A stretch of DNA of 60,357 bases, taken from contig CAIWAN010000083.1 in assembly GCA_903910705.1 (NCBI GenBank), positions 1 through 60,357 on the forward strand, read 5' to 3'. Both the position numbers and the translations under genes were made by a program. The DNA comes from an uncultured Candidatus Marinamargulisbacteria bacterium (GTDB taxonomy: Bacteria; Margulisbacteria; Riflemargulisbacteria; GWF2-35-9). The notes under the pieces were generated by a model. That model saw only the letters and a program-made list of their open reading frames with translations, was not told the DNA's origin and ran no database searches. Shown here in pieces: positions 18,098-28,165 of this stretch (the first letter of the stretch is position 1; the number at the start of each line of letters is the position of its first letter).

Positions 18098-19087
18098 ATG
18101 GATATCGAACAACTCAATCAACAAATCGCAAGTGAAATGGCTTTAGTTCAAGGACTTCGAGACGAGGTCAAAAAGGTCATCGTGGGTCAACCGATCCTGA
18201 TCGATCGACTCATCATAGCTTTAATATCAGGGGGGCACGTCCTTCTGGAAGGGGTTCCGGGTTTAGCCAAAACATTAACGATCAAATGTTTAGCAAATTC
18301 GGTTCAGGCGGCTTTTAAGCGTATTCAATTTACGCCCGATCTCTTACCCGCTGATTTAATGGGAACCTTGATCTACAATCATCACAAAGCCGAGTTTTTC
18401 ACCAAAAAAGGTCCTATTTTCGCTAATATTATTCTGGCAGACGAGATCAATCGCGCCCCCGCCAAAGTTCAGTCTGCGCTGCTTGAGGCTATGCAAGAGG
18501 GGCAGGTGACGATCGGGGACGAGACGCATGCTTTGCCCAAACCTTTTTTTGTTCTGGCGACTCAAAATCCGATCGAACAAGAGGGGACCTATCCACTCCC
18601 CGAGGCTCAAGTTGATCGCTTTATGATGAAGGTCATGATCGATTATCCTGATGCAAAGAGCGAACGGGAGGTTCTCGATCGTCATGAACAACGACGCGAC
18701 ACCGAAACCCAGATCCACCCTGTCATGAACATCAATGATCTGATCCGTTTAAAGGACATAGCGGGTTCGATCTATATGGACGATAAACTCAAAGAATACA
18801 TCGTTGATATTGTCGCCTCAACACGAAGTCCCGAACAATTCGGCATGCCCGACCTAAAGGAATGGTTGTCTTTTGGCGCCTCGCCACGCGCTTCTATTGC
18901 TTTGATGCAAGGCAGTAAGGCCATGGCCATGTTACTGGGACGTGGATATGTTATCCCCGACGATATTAAAGTGATCTGCAAGGATGTCTTGCGTCATCGG
19001 ATTATTCCCTCCTACGAGGCTCAAGCGGACGGTAAAACGCCCGATGAATTGATCGAACGGATCCTGCGCGAAATCGTCGTCCCCTAA
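18098..19087 (+). CDS. moxR: MoxR-family AAA+ ATPase
   Basis: Walker A-like 'LLEGVPGLAKT', Walker B 'ILADEINRA', 'FVLATQNPIEQEGTYPLPEAQVDRF'. Confidence 0.9.
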   Translation: MDIEQLNQQIASEMALVQGLRDEVKKVIVGQPILIDRLIIALISGGHVLLEGVPGLAKTLTIKCLANSVQAAFKRIQFTPDLLPADLMGTLIYNHHKAEFFTKKGPIFANIILADEINRAPAKVQSALLEAMQEGQVTIGDETHALPKPFFVLATQNPIEQEGTYPLPEAQVDRFMMKVMIDYPDAKSEREVLDRHEQRRDTETQIHPVMNINDLIRLKDIAGSIYMDDKLKEYIVDIVASTRSPEQFGMPDLKEWLSFGASPRASIALMQGSKAMAMLLGRGYVIPDDIKVICKDVLRHRIIPSYEAQADGKTPDELIERILREIVVP

Positions 19088-19088
19088 C

Positions 19089-19955
19089 ATGAAAGACGCT
19101 CGAGAGCTGATCCGCAAAGCGAAGCGGATCGAGATAACCAGTCGAAAAATCGTCAACACACTCTTCCGAGGTGAATACAGCTCGGCATTCAAAGGACGGG
19201 GGATCGAGTTTTCTGAAGTTCGCGAATACCAAGTAGGCGATGATATCCGTGATATCGACTGGAACGTAACCTCCCGAATGGATCGGCCCTATGTCAAAGT
19301 TAATCATGAAGAGCGCGAACTGTGCGTCATTCTGGTGATGGATGTCAGTGCCAGCATGAACTGGGGCTCTCAAGGCGTTTCAAAGCTAGAGCGAATGATC
19401 GAATTAGCTGCTGTTTTTGTCATTTCAGCCGTGCAAAATGGCGACAAGGTGGGGGCTATCTTGGTCGGCGACCAGATCCAAGCCATTATCGAACCTAAAA
19501 AAGGCAAACAACAGGTCATGCGCATTCTTCGTGCGGCACTGAGCGCAAACCTTTCAGGGACTTCGACCCAATTAGAAGCAGCTTTAGTTTGGGTGATGAA
19601 AACCCAAAAAAGAAAGTCGTTTGTTGTGGTGATGAGTGATTTTTACGCTAATGCGATTGAATCTCCTTTGAAAGTCCTTTCTAATCGTCACCAAGTTGTT
19701 CCGATCTGGATTGAAGATCCGCTTGAAGCCCATTGGCCTTGGTTGCATAGTCGGCCGACTTTAAGTGGATTAGAAGATCATCAGATTGGGGTTGTAGCCC
19801 ATGATTACCAGTCGTCTCGGGAAATATCCCAACTCAAACGACAAACCAACCTAACTGACCTGTTTCGAACCCTTAAATTGCGTCCGCTCCACTTGCGAAT
19901 GGATCAACCGTATTTATCCAAACTCTTGCAATATTTTGGACGGGGAAAATTATGA
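19089..19955 (+). CDS. DUF58 (vWA-like) protein, MoxR partner
   Basis: Typical 'GEYSSAFKGRGIEFSEVREYQVGDDIRDIDW' motif. Sits directly downstream of moxR. Confidence 0.8.
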   Translation: MKDARELIRKAKRIEITSRKIVNTLFRGEYSSAFKGRGIEFSEVREYQVGDDIRDIDWNVTSRMDRPYVKVNHEERELCVILVMDVSASMNWGSQGVSKLERMIELAAVFVISAVQNGDKVGAILVGDQIQAIIEPKKGKQQVMRILRAALSANLSGTSTQLEAALVWVMKTQKRKSFVVVMSDFYANAIESPLKVLSNRHQVVPIWIEDPLEAHWPWLHSRPTLSGLEDHQIGVVAHDYQSSREISQLKRQTNLTDLFRTLKLRPLHLRMDQPYLSKLLQYFGRGKL

Positions 19956-20821
19956 TGAAACGAGTGCTCATTTTCATGATAATGACCGGTCTTTTACACG
20001 CAACGCCTATAAAGGTGAGTTGTCAGCCTCGAACGATTCGCTTGGGCGATGTCATCACCTATCGAATCGATATTAAAGCGCCAAAATCAACTACAGTTGA
20101 TTTTGAATCCAATTGGCCCTCGACTGGCAATATGACCCTGCTTGTTGTGACGGACTCGGTCAAAAAGATGCGGACACGAACCTATTTCTTGTCGGCGTTT
20201 ACCCTAGATAAGACATGGATTCCAACGCTCTCTGTCCGCGTAAATAGCGCCGACTATTTCCTTAAGCCTATTAGCATAAACGTTGTCTCCTCTTTTGAAA
20301 AAAACGAACAAAAAAAGTTCATTAATAGGCTAAAACCTCAAGCGCATATCACGGTTCACTGGATCGCTTACATTTTGGTGGGATTATTCATAACCCTTAT
20401 TGGTATTCTCGGGGCTATCCTTTATCGCCGATTCGTTAACGTTCCCCCTGAATCGTCGATTCAAGCGCCCCTGTCCTTAAGCCCCTTTGAGTCGGCCATG
20501 GAGCGTTTATCGCTGTTAGAAAAAGCGGAATACCTGACAGAGGAAAGCCAAAAGCAGTTGATGTTTTCATTATCTCATCTTATTCGCGAATATCTGGAAC
20601 GGACTTATCATCGTCCCTTTATGGAAGAAACCACGTACGAAATTGGGTTTTCGCTTCCACAGATCATCTCAACCGAACGAACCGACGATGTCCTTGGCTA
20701 CTTACGATTAATGGATCCGGTAAAATACGCCAAAGAGTCGCTTTCTAGCAATGCACTTAAGGGGCGTATCGTGCTATTGCGAGAAATTCTCACGAAATTG
20801 GAGACGGATCATGGTGTTTGA
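19952..20821 (+). CDS. membrane protein of the Bat operon (DUF4381-like)
   Basis: Signal peptide plus an internal TM helix 'IAYILVGLFITLIGILGAILY'. Its position between the DUF58 gene and batA is as in known Bat loci. Family assignment is from context only. Confidence 0.5.
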   Translation: MMKRVLIFMIMTGLLHATPIKVSCQPRTIRLGDVITYRIDIKAPKSTTVDFESNWPSTGNMTLLVVTDSVKKMRTRTYFLSAFTLDKTWIPTLSVRVNSADYFLKPISINVVSSFEKNEQKKFINRLKPQAHITVHWIAYILVGLFITLIGILGAILYRRFVNVPPESSIQAPLSLSPFESAMERLSLLEKAEYLTEESQKQLMFSLSHLIREYLERTYHRPFMEETTYEIGFSLPQIISTERTDDVLGYLRLMDPVKYAKESLSSNALKGRIVLLREILTKLETDHGV

Positions 20822-21821
20822 ACATCCCGCTTGGTTGGTACTTGGCCCCCTCATCGTCTTGTTGCTGTCAATATGGCGATATTTCAGCCGCCTTTCCTTG
20901 AAGGTTCCGTTCCCGATCCATCAAGACGGCGCAGCCAACCATCATCCGACCATTCAGTGGCTGAAAGACGAGTGGCCGTCTGTTTTATTAATGGCCGGTC
21001 TTATTTCATTTTTTATCGCTTTAGCGGGGCCCTATACGTTGATCGCCAACAATGAGCAAAGTGTTCAAGGGGTAGGGATCATGGTGATCATGGATTTATC
21101 GTCAACCATGGAAGCCGAGGATTTTCTTCCAGGAAACCGACTGAGTGTTTCAAAACGTGTTCTTACCACCTTCATTTCCAAACGAACCCAAGACTTAGTC
21201 GGGCTCGTAGTGTTTGGAACCGATGCATTTCTTGTATCCCCATTAACGCTTGATCATAAGCGTGTGATTCAACAATTACAGGATGTTTCCGTTGGTAGTA
21301 TTGAGGGGATGACCGCTATCGGCACCGCGCTTGTAAAGGGCGCGAATCATCTCCGAAAAGCTAATCTTCATTCTAAGGTGATGATTCTAGTGACAGATGG
21401 CGAGAATAACGCAGGGGATATCGATCCCACTACAGCCGCTCAGTTAGCTGCAGCCGTTGGGATAAAAGTCTATACCATTGGTTTAGGTAAGGTTGGCGGG
21501 GCTCCGATGCCCTTCATCCATCCAGTCTTGGGCAAACGATATGTTCGCAATCCAGATGGTTCGCTATATTTAACCAAGTTAGACGAAGGACTCCTTCAAC
21601 GGATCGCTTCAACAACGGGGGGGATGTACTTTCGAGCAACAGATACCGAATCGCTCTATCGCATCACTGACTACATCGATATGCTGGAGAAAACAAAGAT
21701 AACGACCAAGCATTGGGAAGATCGTCGATCCAAGCGATGGCCGTATATAATGGGCGGTCTTGTCCTGACACTTTCGTATGGACTTGTCCATTATATTTTG
21801 TTTAGGAGATGGGTCGCATGA
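20811..21821 (+). CDS. batA: vWA-domain aerotolerance protein BatA
   Basis: N-terminal 'FEHPAWL' plus TM helices. vWA MIDAS 'DLSSTM' and 'ILVTDGENNAG'. C-terminal TM. Start trimmed to the ATG overlapping the upstream stop. Confidence 0.8.
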   Translation: MVFEHPAWLVLGPLIVLLLSIWRYFSRLSLKVPFPIHQDGAANHHPTIQWLKDEWPSVLLMAGLISFFIALAGPYTLIANNEQSVQGVGIMVIMDLSSTMEAEDFLPGNRLSVSKRVLTTFISKRTQDLVGLVVFGTDAFLVSPLTLDHKRVIQQLQDVSVGSIEGMTAIGTALVKGANHLRKANLHSKVMILVTDGENNAGDIDPTTAAQLAAAVGIKVYTIGLGKVGGAPMPFIHPVLGKRYVRNPDGSLYLTKLDEGLLQRIASTTGGMYFRATDTESLYRITDYIDMLEKTKITTKHWEDRRSKRWPYIMGGLVLTLSYGLVHYILFRRWVA

Positions 21822-23458
21822 CGTTCTTGTCGATGAAGGATCTATGGCTTGTTGTCACCCTCGTGGGAACCATTTTGGCTGGGGTTCTGCTTTTGTATAC
21901 GCGGACACGAGCTAATCTTGGCCGTATTCATCCTGACAGTATACACCTCGTATACCCGCTCTCCTTTGCAAAGCTGAGATGGCGTTTACTCTTAGTGTCC
22001 ATAGGCTTGATCGGAATGAGCCTTTTATTGCTTCGTCCTGCATTATTGGTTTCGAGTCAAACCCGAACCCTTCCGAAAATGGATATTGTATTTGTTGTCG
22101 ACATTTCACCGAGTATGCGAACCCGCGATTTAAAACCCGACCGTCTTGACTATGCAAAACATCAATTATCGATGCTGGTTGATCAATTAGGGCAGTATCG
22201 AATGGCGCTTGTGATGTTTAGCGGTGAAGCCATTGTTCAAACCCCGATGACCCCCGATCCGGCATCGATCCTTAGCTCGATCGAGACCCTTAACCCAGAA
22301 AACATTTCAGCCAAAGGGACGCATATTGATGAAGCCCTCTTAACCGCAAGAGGGGCTTTTTCCTCCACACCCCCGACGTTTCGTAAGATTATTATTCTGG
22401 TGACCGATGGCGAAGATCATGGTGTGGGATTGCCTGAAGCCGTTCGACTGCTGAAAAAAGACAATATCCGCGTCTATTCGATCGGCATTGGATCAACGTC
22501 AGGGGCACCGATCCCTGTTTTTGATGATAACGGAAATATCGTCGATTACAAGAAAGACGCGTCGGGTCGCACGGTTGTCAGCAAACTTGATCCGAATTTG
22601 CTTGCAATGATATCTCGTTCAACCAACGGACAGGCTTATATTCTGGGACAAGAACAAGCCGATTGGCGAGACCTAATGAATCATATCCAAAATCTTGAAT
22701 CGGGCAAAGCCAAGCAAGTTTACAAAGAATCCAACGCCCGAGAGATAGGCGGTCTTATCTTATTCCCGAGCTTACTCGCCATTCTCATTGGACTGGCACT
22801 CCCTTTACGTTTAGCGCCCATTATTGTATGTCTGCTGTTCGTGGTGATGAATACCGATAGCGTTTTTGCGAGTGAACGATTTAATCTCGTCGAGTCAGTG
22901 CGAAACGAGATCGGTAATGCCCATGTCGTTCAGAAGAAATTTTCCCCTGCTATTGGCCGTTATATCAAGAATACGGAAACGATACCCCGTGATGCGGTGA
23001 CCCATTATAATTTGGGTAATGCTTTGCAGTTTTCTGGACGCACTGAAGAAGCTCAAGGTGAGTGGGCACAAGCGCTAAACACAAAACCGGATCGTCAACT
23101 TGCTTCTTTGATCCTCTATAATCAAGCGATGCAATTTATCCAAAAAGGGGAGATGGATAAAGCCCAAGCGGCTCTCGTCAAATCGTTAACACTTTGGTCT
23201 AACGATATCGAGGCCAAAAAGAACCTTGAAATGGCTCTCTTGGCCCTCAAGCAAAAACAACAGCAACAAAAGTCCTCTTCAGCGCCACAAAATAAAGGCC
23301 AATCAGGGAATAAGGAGCAAAAGGTGGGCCAAAATCAAGGCGGACAAGGCCAATTCTCCAAGGAGCAGTCCGAGCAGATACTCGATACGATGATGAATAA
23401 TAAAATGCTTCGACCCAACCCCAAACAAAAGAGGACTGATGATGAACAAGATTGGTAG
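21818..23458 (+). CDS. batB: vWA-domain protein BatB with fused C-terminal TPR (BatC-like) region
   Basis: vWA 'VVDISPSM' and 'ILVTDGEDHG'. A TM helix follows, then TPR-like 'HYNLGNALQFSGRTEEAQGEWAQAL'. Q/K-rich tail. Confidence 0.8.
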   Translation: MTFLSMKDLWLVVTLVGTILAGVLLLYTRTRANLGRIHPDSIHLVYPLSFAKLRWRLLLVSIGLIGMSLLLLRPALLVSSQTRTLPKMDIVFVVDISPSMRTRDLKPDRLDYAKHQLSMLVDQLGQYRMALVMFSGEAIVQTPMTPDPASILSSIETLNPENISAKGTHIDEALLTARGAFSSTPPTFRKIIILVTDGEDHGVGLPEAVRLLKKDNIRVYSIGIGSTSGAPIPVFDDNGNIVDYKKDASGRTVVSKLDPNLLAMISRSTNGQAYILGQEQADWRDLMNHIQNLESGKAKQVYKESNAREIGGLILFPSLLAILIGLALPLRLAPIIVCLLFVVMNTDSVFASERFNLVESVRNEIGNAHVVQKKFSPAIGRYIKNTETIPRDAVTHYNLGNALQFSGRTEEAQGEWAQALNTKPDRQLASLILYNQAMQFIQKGEMDKAQAALVKSLTLWSNDIEAKKNLEMALLALKQKQQQQKSSSAPQNKGQSGNKEQKVGQNQGGQGQFSKEQSEQILDTMMNNKMLRPNPKQKRTDDEQDW

Positions 23459-25070
23459 AATTTTAATCATCACCTTCCTTTCAGTCGCGATCACGGTGGC
23501 TGAATTCTCCGTACAGGCCGATGTGGATCGTTCTCAAATGGGTCCCGATGAGGTTGTCGATTTTGTTCTCCGCTTTTCGGGCAGTGGCGATCTACCTAAT
23601 ATCAAACTTCCCGCGTTAGCTGACTTTGATCTGGTTGGCACCTCGCGTATGAGTCGATTTAATATGATAAATGGAGCGGTTACCCGAGGACTTGAACTCC
23701 ATCATCAATTAAGACCTAAACGGACCGGCTCGTTGACGATCCCAGGCTTTAAAGTGGAGGCAGAAGGGAAATCGTATGCCACCCAGCCCATAACGATTCA
23801 AGTATCCGGCACTAAAAGCCCCTCCCAAGTCAATCCTTCAAAAGCATCATCGCCTCTTTTTCTTGAGGCATCAACACTAAAGCCCCGATATTATCTGGGC
23901 GAACCGATTGTGTATTGGCTTCGGATCAATAATCAACTGCAGTTGTTCGGTGAGCCGACCCTTAAAGACCCTGTATTTCGAAACCTTAGCCGGCTCGGGC
24001 AGAAACCACCGCTTCAACGGCAGGAGGTGAAAACCCTGAATGGCCGTCAATATCAAGTCAATAATATATTTATTCACTTGAATCCTTTATCAGTAGGCGA
24101 AGCGGGTGTTGATCCGATGTCCTTGATCTTTTCTTTATCACCGTTTGATCCCAATCGAGAAGTCCGGTCGAATGCGGTGGCGCTGAGTATTCTGCCCATT
24201 CCTCGCAACGCCGATTTCGATCAAGCGATCGGTCAATTCAAACTATCCATGACAGTTAGTCCGCAAACCCTACGGGCGAACGAAGCAGCAACGATAAAGG
24301 TGACGATTAGCGGCCAAGGCAACTTAAAGTTAGCGGTCGCGCCTCATTTTAGCTTACCTAAAGACATCGAGGCGTATACACCCAAAGCCCAATTAAGCGA
24401 AACCCTCACAGAAACCGGCCTGAATGCCGAGAAAACCTTCGAGCAAACCTGGATCCCCAGATCAGCAGGGGATTATTCCATTCCCAGCGGCAAGTGGGTC
24501 TATTTTGATCCCACATCGGAGCGGTTTATCACACTGATGACAGGCGTTATTCCGCTTCATGTCGAAAAAGGCCCTGCAAGAACAGCTATGCTGATGGCCG
24601 CTAACCCCGTAGTTCAAGAGGCAGCTGATATTCGCTACCTCCATCAAGAAGGTGATGATTGGGGCAGGGGAATGATAAAATGGGGTGGCCTGATGGCTTT
24701 TCTCAGTCTTCTCGCTGTAGGGATTCGATATAGACGATTCACCGCATCTGTTCGGTCATGGTTTGGCAGACTTCGCCCCGAAGCTCGACTCTTTAAGCGA
24801 TTAGAAACGGCCATGTCCACCCCCAACCGATTTTATGGTCTACTATTGAAAGCAGTGACGACGGTATTGATCGATCATTACCACTTTCCTGCAGGGGAAC
24901 TAACGACCGAAGGGTTACGAAAGAAATATCCTCAAGCCGACTGGGTCAAGGATTGGCAAACACTCGAAGCCAAATCCTATCAACCCGAGCTAACCCCTTC
25001 AATGGAAGAAATGACGCAGTCTATTCAGACGATGATCACGTTTATTCAAACGGTCAGGAAAAACAAATGA
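23439..25070 (+). CDS. batD: BatD-like oxygen-tolerance protein
   Basis: 543 aa with a signal peptide, repeated beta-sandwich-like segments and a C-terminal TM 'WGGLMAFLSLLAVGI'. Its position after batB is as in Bat operons. Confidence 0.65.
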   Translation: MMNKIGRILIITFLSVAITVAEFSVQADVDRSQMGPDEVVDFVLRFSGSGDLPNIKLPALADFDLVGTSRMSRFNMINGAVTRGLELHHQLRPKRTGSLTIPGFKVEAEGKSYATQPITIQVSGTKSPSQVNPSKASSPLFLEASTLKPRYYLGEPIVYWLRINNQLQLFGEPTLKDPVFRNLSRLGQKPPLQRQEVKTLNGRQYQVNNIFIHLNPLSVGEAGVDPMSLIFSLSPFDPNREVRSNAVALSILPIPRNADFDQAIGQFKLSMTVSPQTLRANEAATIKVTISGQGNLKLAVAPHFSLPKDIEAYTPKAQLSETLTETGLNAEKTFEQTWIPRSAGDYSIPSGKWVYFDPTSERFITLMTGVIPLHVEKGPARTAMLMAANPVVQEAADIRYLHQEGDDWGRGMIKWGGLMAFLSLLAVGIRYRRFTASVRSWFGRLRPEARLFKRLETAMSTPNRFYGLLLKAVTTVLIDHYHFPAGELTTEGLRKKYPQADWVKDWQTLEAKSYQPELTPSMEEMTQSIQTMITFIQTVRKNK

Positions 25071-25693
25071 AAAAATGGCTTCTCTTTTTTCTGTTGAGTT
25101 TATTCGCCCTTTCAAATGCTGGGGATAAACAGTCTGCATCGAGCTATTACAATAAGAGCTATGTCTACTATAAGCAGGGCCATATGCTAGACGCCTTCCT
25201 TAACAATCGTCGTGCTGCACTATATGAACCGCTCGATCGAGATAATAACTTCAACCTCCCGCTCATACAAAAGAGTTTTGTGGAGCAAAACAGTCTCGAT
25301 ATCCCACTTCCGGTTTTATTGACCGGTTGGCTGCCATGGTCTTGGCTATGGGGACTATCATCGATGGTGTTCTTTTGTTATTTGATCCTTTGGACCATAT
25401 TTCCCTCTCGTTTTCAAAAAACAAAGTGGGGATTGCTCTTAATAACGATACTTCTACTCGGAAATATCGGTTTTCGATCAACCATGATCCTCAATGATCA
25501 TCAGATCGTCGTGTCAGCAGAGCGGTCGTCCATCCACAGCGGGCCAGAAAACCAATATCCGATCCTGTATTGGGTTCATCAGGGACTGATGGGCGAACAA
25601 GTTGGGCATCGAGCAGGTTGGTCCTTGATCCGACTCCCCAACGGAGACGAAGGTTGGATCGCAGATAAAGATCGAATAGTGTTGAAAAAATAG
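25067..25693 (+). CDS. BatE-like protein (TM segments plus C-terminal bacterial SH3 domain)
   Basis: Signal peptide 'MKKWLLFFLLSLFALS'. Has TM helices and an SH3b-like C-terminus 'GWSLIRLPNGDEGWIADKD'. Start trimmed to the ATG overlapping the batD stop (ATGA). Confidence 0.6.
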   Translation: MKKWLLFFLLSLFALSNAGDKQSASSYYNKSYVYYKQGHMLDAFLNNRRAALYEPLDRDNNFNLPLIQKSFVEQNSLDIPLPVLLTGWLPWSWLWGLSSMVFFCYLILWTIFPSRFQKTKWGLLLITILLLGNIGFRSTMILNDHQIVVSAERSSIHSGPENQYPILYWVHQGLMGEQVGHRAGWSLIRLPNGDEGWIADKDRIVLKK

Positions 25694-25706
25694 AGAAGGT
25701 TCTATT

Positions 25707-26951
25707 ATGATAGGGACTGAAATGGAAACATTAAAACATGCGAATGAAATTGAGGCTCTTCTTGGGAAAGTGGCCCAGCGAGTAGATCGTATCACCGAAT
25801 CCATCAAGATCTTTGACACGGTTATGATCGTTGATGACGATGAAAGCCAATTATTCTCCATCAAAAAAATCCTTGAGCGCGATTATGAGCTCATTCTTTG
25901 CGATCGGGGTCAAAAGGCTTTGGATGAATACGCCCAGCATCATAACAAGATCAAAGCGATCTTACTTGATATTCGTCTTCCCGATATCGAAGGGTTTGAA
26001 GTCTTTAAATTGATCAAAGACAAAAATCAGAATATTCCGATCATTTTCATCACCGGATATCAGAGCACCTATGGCGATGGGTTCGAAGTATACCGTCAGT
26101 ACCGGCCGCATGGTTATATCGTAAAAAACCATGAAAATGAAGTCACGATGATAAAAGACACGTTGGCGAACGCCGTAGCCTACTACAATCATGTTTTAGA
26201 AAATGAAGCGGCGAAATCCACAACTATGCGCAACCAGTTTATGGCAGGGTTGTTGCACGATCTCAAAAATACATTCAGTCCGATCTATATGATCCCTCAA
26301 ATGATGCAGCGGCTCCTTGATAAGGGTGATTTAGAGATGACCAAAGTTTTACTTGAAAAGCTTAAGCGAGCGGTCGAGTTTTTTTCTGCCAATCAAATGG
26401 TTCTATTTAATTATGCAAATGGCGAGAATGTCAGTATCAAATGGCAATCCTATTCCATCAAAGAGTTGATCGACGATTTTATTACGCTCGTTCAACCAAC
26501 GGTTGAAGGCAAGATCAAGATCATCGCCAATCTCCACTATGATAAAGAGTTTGTCACAGACAAAAATGTTTTCACCTGTCAGATCCTTCAAAACATCGTC
26601 AAAAATGCGAAAGAGGCGATGCCCGACACCATCGGTCGGGTGACGATCAGTTCGTATAGCCCTGAGCAATATAAAAAAATGTTAGGCCCCGATGCGATCC
26701 TTCCCGATCAAAAAAAAGGCACCGTCATTTTTGTAGTAGCTGATAATGGCCCAGGTATGCCCCGAGAGCTTGAAGCTCGATTGTTTACCCCCTATGTTAC
26801 CGCTGGCAAAAAAGAGGGAACAGGCCTTGGAACATGGATGATCAAAAATGGCACCGTTGATCTACTCGAAGGGCAATTAAAGTTGCTCAACAAAATGGAT
26901 GAGGGTGTGGCCTATCATTTAGCTTTTCCTCCCAAAGAAGCCCTATATTAA
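25707..26951 (+). CDS. hybrid response-regulator receiver / histidine kinase
   Basis: N-terminal REC ('VMIVDDDE', 'LLDIRLPD'). H-box 'AGLLHDLKNTFSPI'. HATPase_c 'VADNGPGMP' and 'GTGLGTWMIK'. Confidence 0.8.
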   Translation: MIGTEMETLKHANEIEALLGKVAQRVDRITESIKIFDTVMIVDDDESQLFSIKKILERDYELILCDRGQKALDEYAQHHNKIKAILLDIRLPDIEGFEVFKLIKDKNQNIPIIFITGYQSTYGDGFEVYRQYRPHGYIVKNHENEVTMIKDTLANAVAYYNHVLENEAAKSTTMRNQFMAGLLHDLKNTFSPIYMIPQMMQRLLDKGDLEMTKVLLEKLKRAVEFFSANQMVLFNYANGENVSIKWQSYSIKELIDDFITLVQPTVEGKIKIIANLHYDKEFVTDKNVFTCQILQNIVKNAKEAMPDTIGRVTISSYSPEQYKKMLGPDAILPDQKKGTVIFVVADNGPGMPRELEARLFTPYVTAGKKEGTGLGTWMIKNGTVDLLEGQLKLLNKMDEGVAYHLAFPPKEALY

Positions 26952-28165
26952 AACGACATCGTTAACGAGCCTTCTAGTGCCGTTCGACTCCCACTGAACG
27001 TATACTCGGCATTCTCAGGGCCCAAGAAATGGCTAAGCGTAAAAGCAATCGTTGTATGGTCGATCGGGGAATAGGCAATGCCTGTTGAAAAAATACCCGA
27101 GTTGTCTGATAAATTCATTAATAGATTTGCATTCACACTCGCGTCGGGTATCGGGAATTTTGAGACGCTCATAAAGCAAGCCCCATAGGCTTTACCAAGA
27201 TAATTGGGTTGAAAAAGGTTATGGTCGAGAAGGAGTTTTTTCTTGTCGGGGTCAGCAAAGATATTTTCCGCGTAACCATTGGTTTGGAAAAAACCTTCGA
27301 ACGTGAGACTGATCCGGTCTTTATAGTCCCAATCAAAATAACGCGTGATGCCCAGACTCGTTCGAAAGGTGTCCGCATCCGTTCGTCGATTGATCGTTGA
27401 AGCATCGATCACACGGTCAGAAAGCTCACCTTTTGAATATGAGAGTTCGCCCGCCACATCCCAATCCGTCACACGAGTGGAGATCTCCCACCCCACAACA
27501 AGGGGTAGATTTTGCTTTCCCCAGAGCGAAAGCGCCATCTCTGAACCATTCGTGACCCATTCGACTTTTCCGGCTCCGGCTAATCCGCCTAATGTGTTGG
27601 CTGCAGAGAAATCAATAAAGGAGTACAGGTTCAATGCGGTGCCAAATGGAACATGGGTTTTGATGCCATAGGTGCCACTGCGTGTCTGGGAAAGATTCAT
27701 AAAATCACGATGATCGACATTGATGAGGTCGGTTGGGTTCCAAAAATAGTTCCGCCCCCATTGAAGCACCTGCTTCCCAACGCGAACATAAGCTTGGCGG
27801 TTGATATTGAGATCCAAAAAAAACTCTTTTAAATTGAGCGCCAAGCTGTTTGGTGAAGCGAGTCCATTGTTTGCGACTTGCAAATTAACAAACCCTTTAT
27901 AGTTTTTCTTTAGTCGAACATCGAGCTGAAACTCTAAGCTACCATAGGCAAGCAGGGCTCCTGACGGCATCGAATAGGTGCCTCGATTTTGAAGCATTCC
28001 CGTCAATGCGGTGCTTTCTTTTTCGAATTCATGATCAATCATAGGGTTAGCAATATCGACACTACTTACCATCATAGTCTCGCTCTCAAAGAGGGCGTTT
28101 TCATCGATCTCTGAAGCAGAAAAAGCTAAACCGAGGAATATAAGTAAGAGAACAAGTCGTTTCAC
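26948..28165 (-). CDS. outer-membrane beta-barrel-like protein of the ABC/LolA-like operon
   Basis: Signal peptide 'MKRLVLLLIFLGLAFSA'. Alternating-strand composition. Terminal '...GSLTMSF' OMP signature. ATGA overlap with the upstream gene. Confidence 0.6.
   Translation of the reverse strand: MKRLVLLLIFLGLAFSASEIDENALFESETMMVSSVDIANPMIDHEFEKESTALTGMLQNRGTYSMPSGALLAYGSLEFQLDVRLKKNYKGFVNLQVANNGLASPNSLALNLKEFFLDLNINRQAYVRVGKQVLQWGRNYFWNPTDLINVDHRDFMNLSQTRSGTYGIKTHVPFGTALNLYSFIDFSAANTLGGLAGAGKVEWVTNGSEMALSLWGKQNLPLVVGWEISTRVTDWDVAGELSYSKGELSDRVIDASTINRRTDADTFRTSLGITRYFDWDYKDRISLTFEGFFQTNGYAENIFADPDKKKLLLDHNLFQPNYLGKAYGACFMSVSKFPIPDASVNANLLMNLSDNSGIFSTGIAYSPIDHTTIAFTLSHFLGPENAEYTFSGSRTALEGSLTMSF

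Noticed and set aside
20751-20810. 5' extensions of track ORFs. Examples are batA from 20751, the BatE-like gene from 24953, livF from 46358, efp from 54384, hldE to 17853, the SDR gene to 54457, the permease to 30728, the ATPase to 32901 and livJ from 42777.
   Set aside because: In each case an internal ATG coincides with the family N-terminus, an RBS or a stop/start overlap with the upstream gene. The extensions would create long overlaps with neighbouring genes.
23240-23350. Repetitive-looking CAA/AAG/GGC-rich stretch at the 3' end of batB.
   Set aside because: It encodes a Q/K/G-rich low-complexity tail in frame with batB. It is not a spaced direct-repeat array, so not CRISPR-like.
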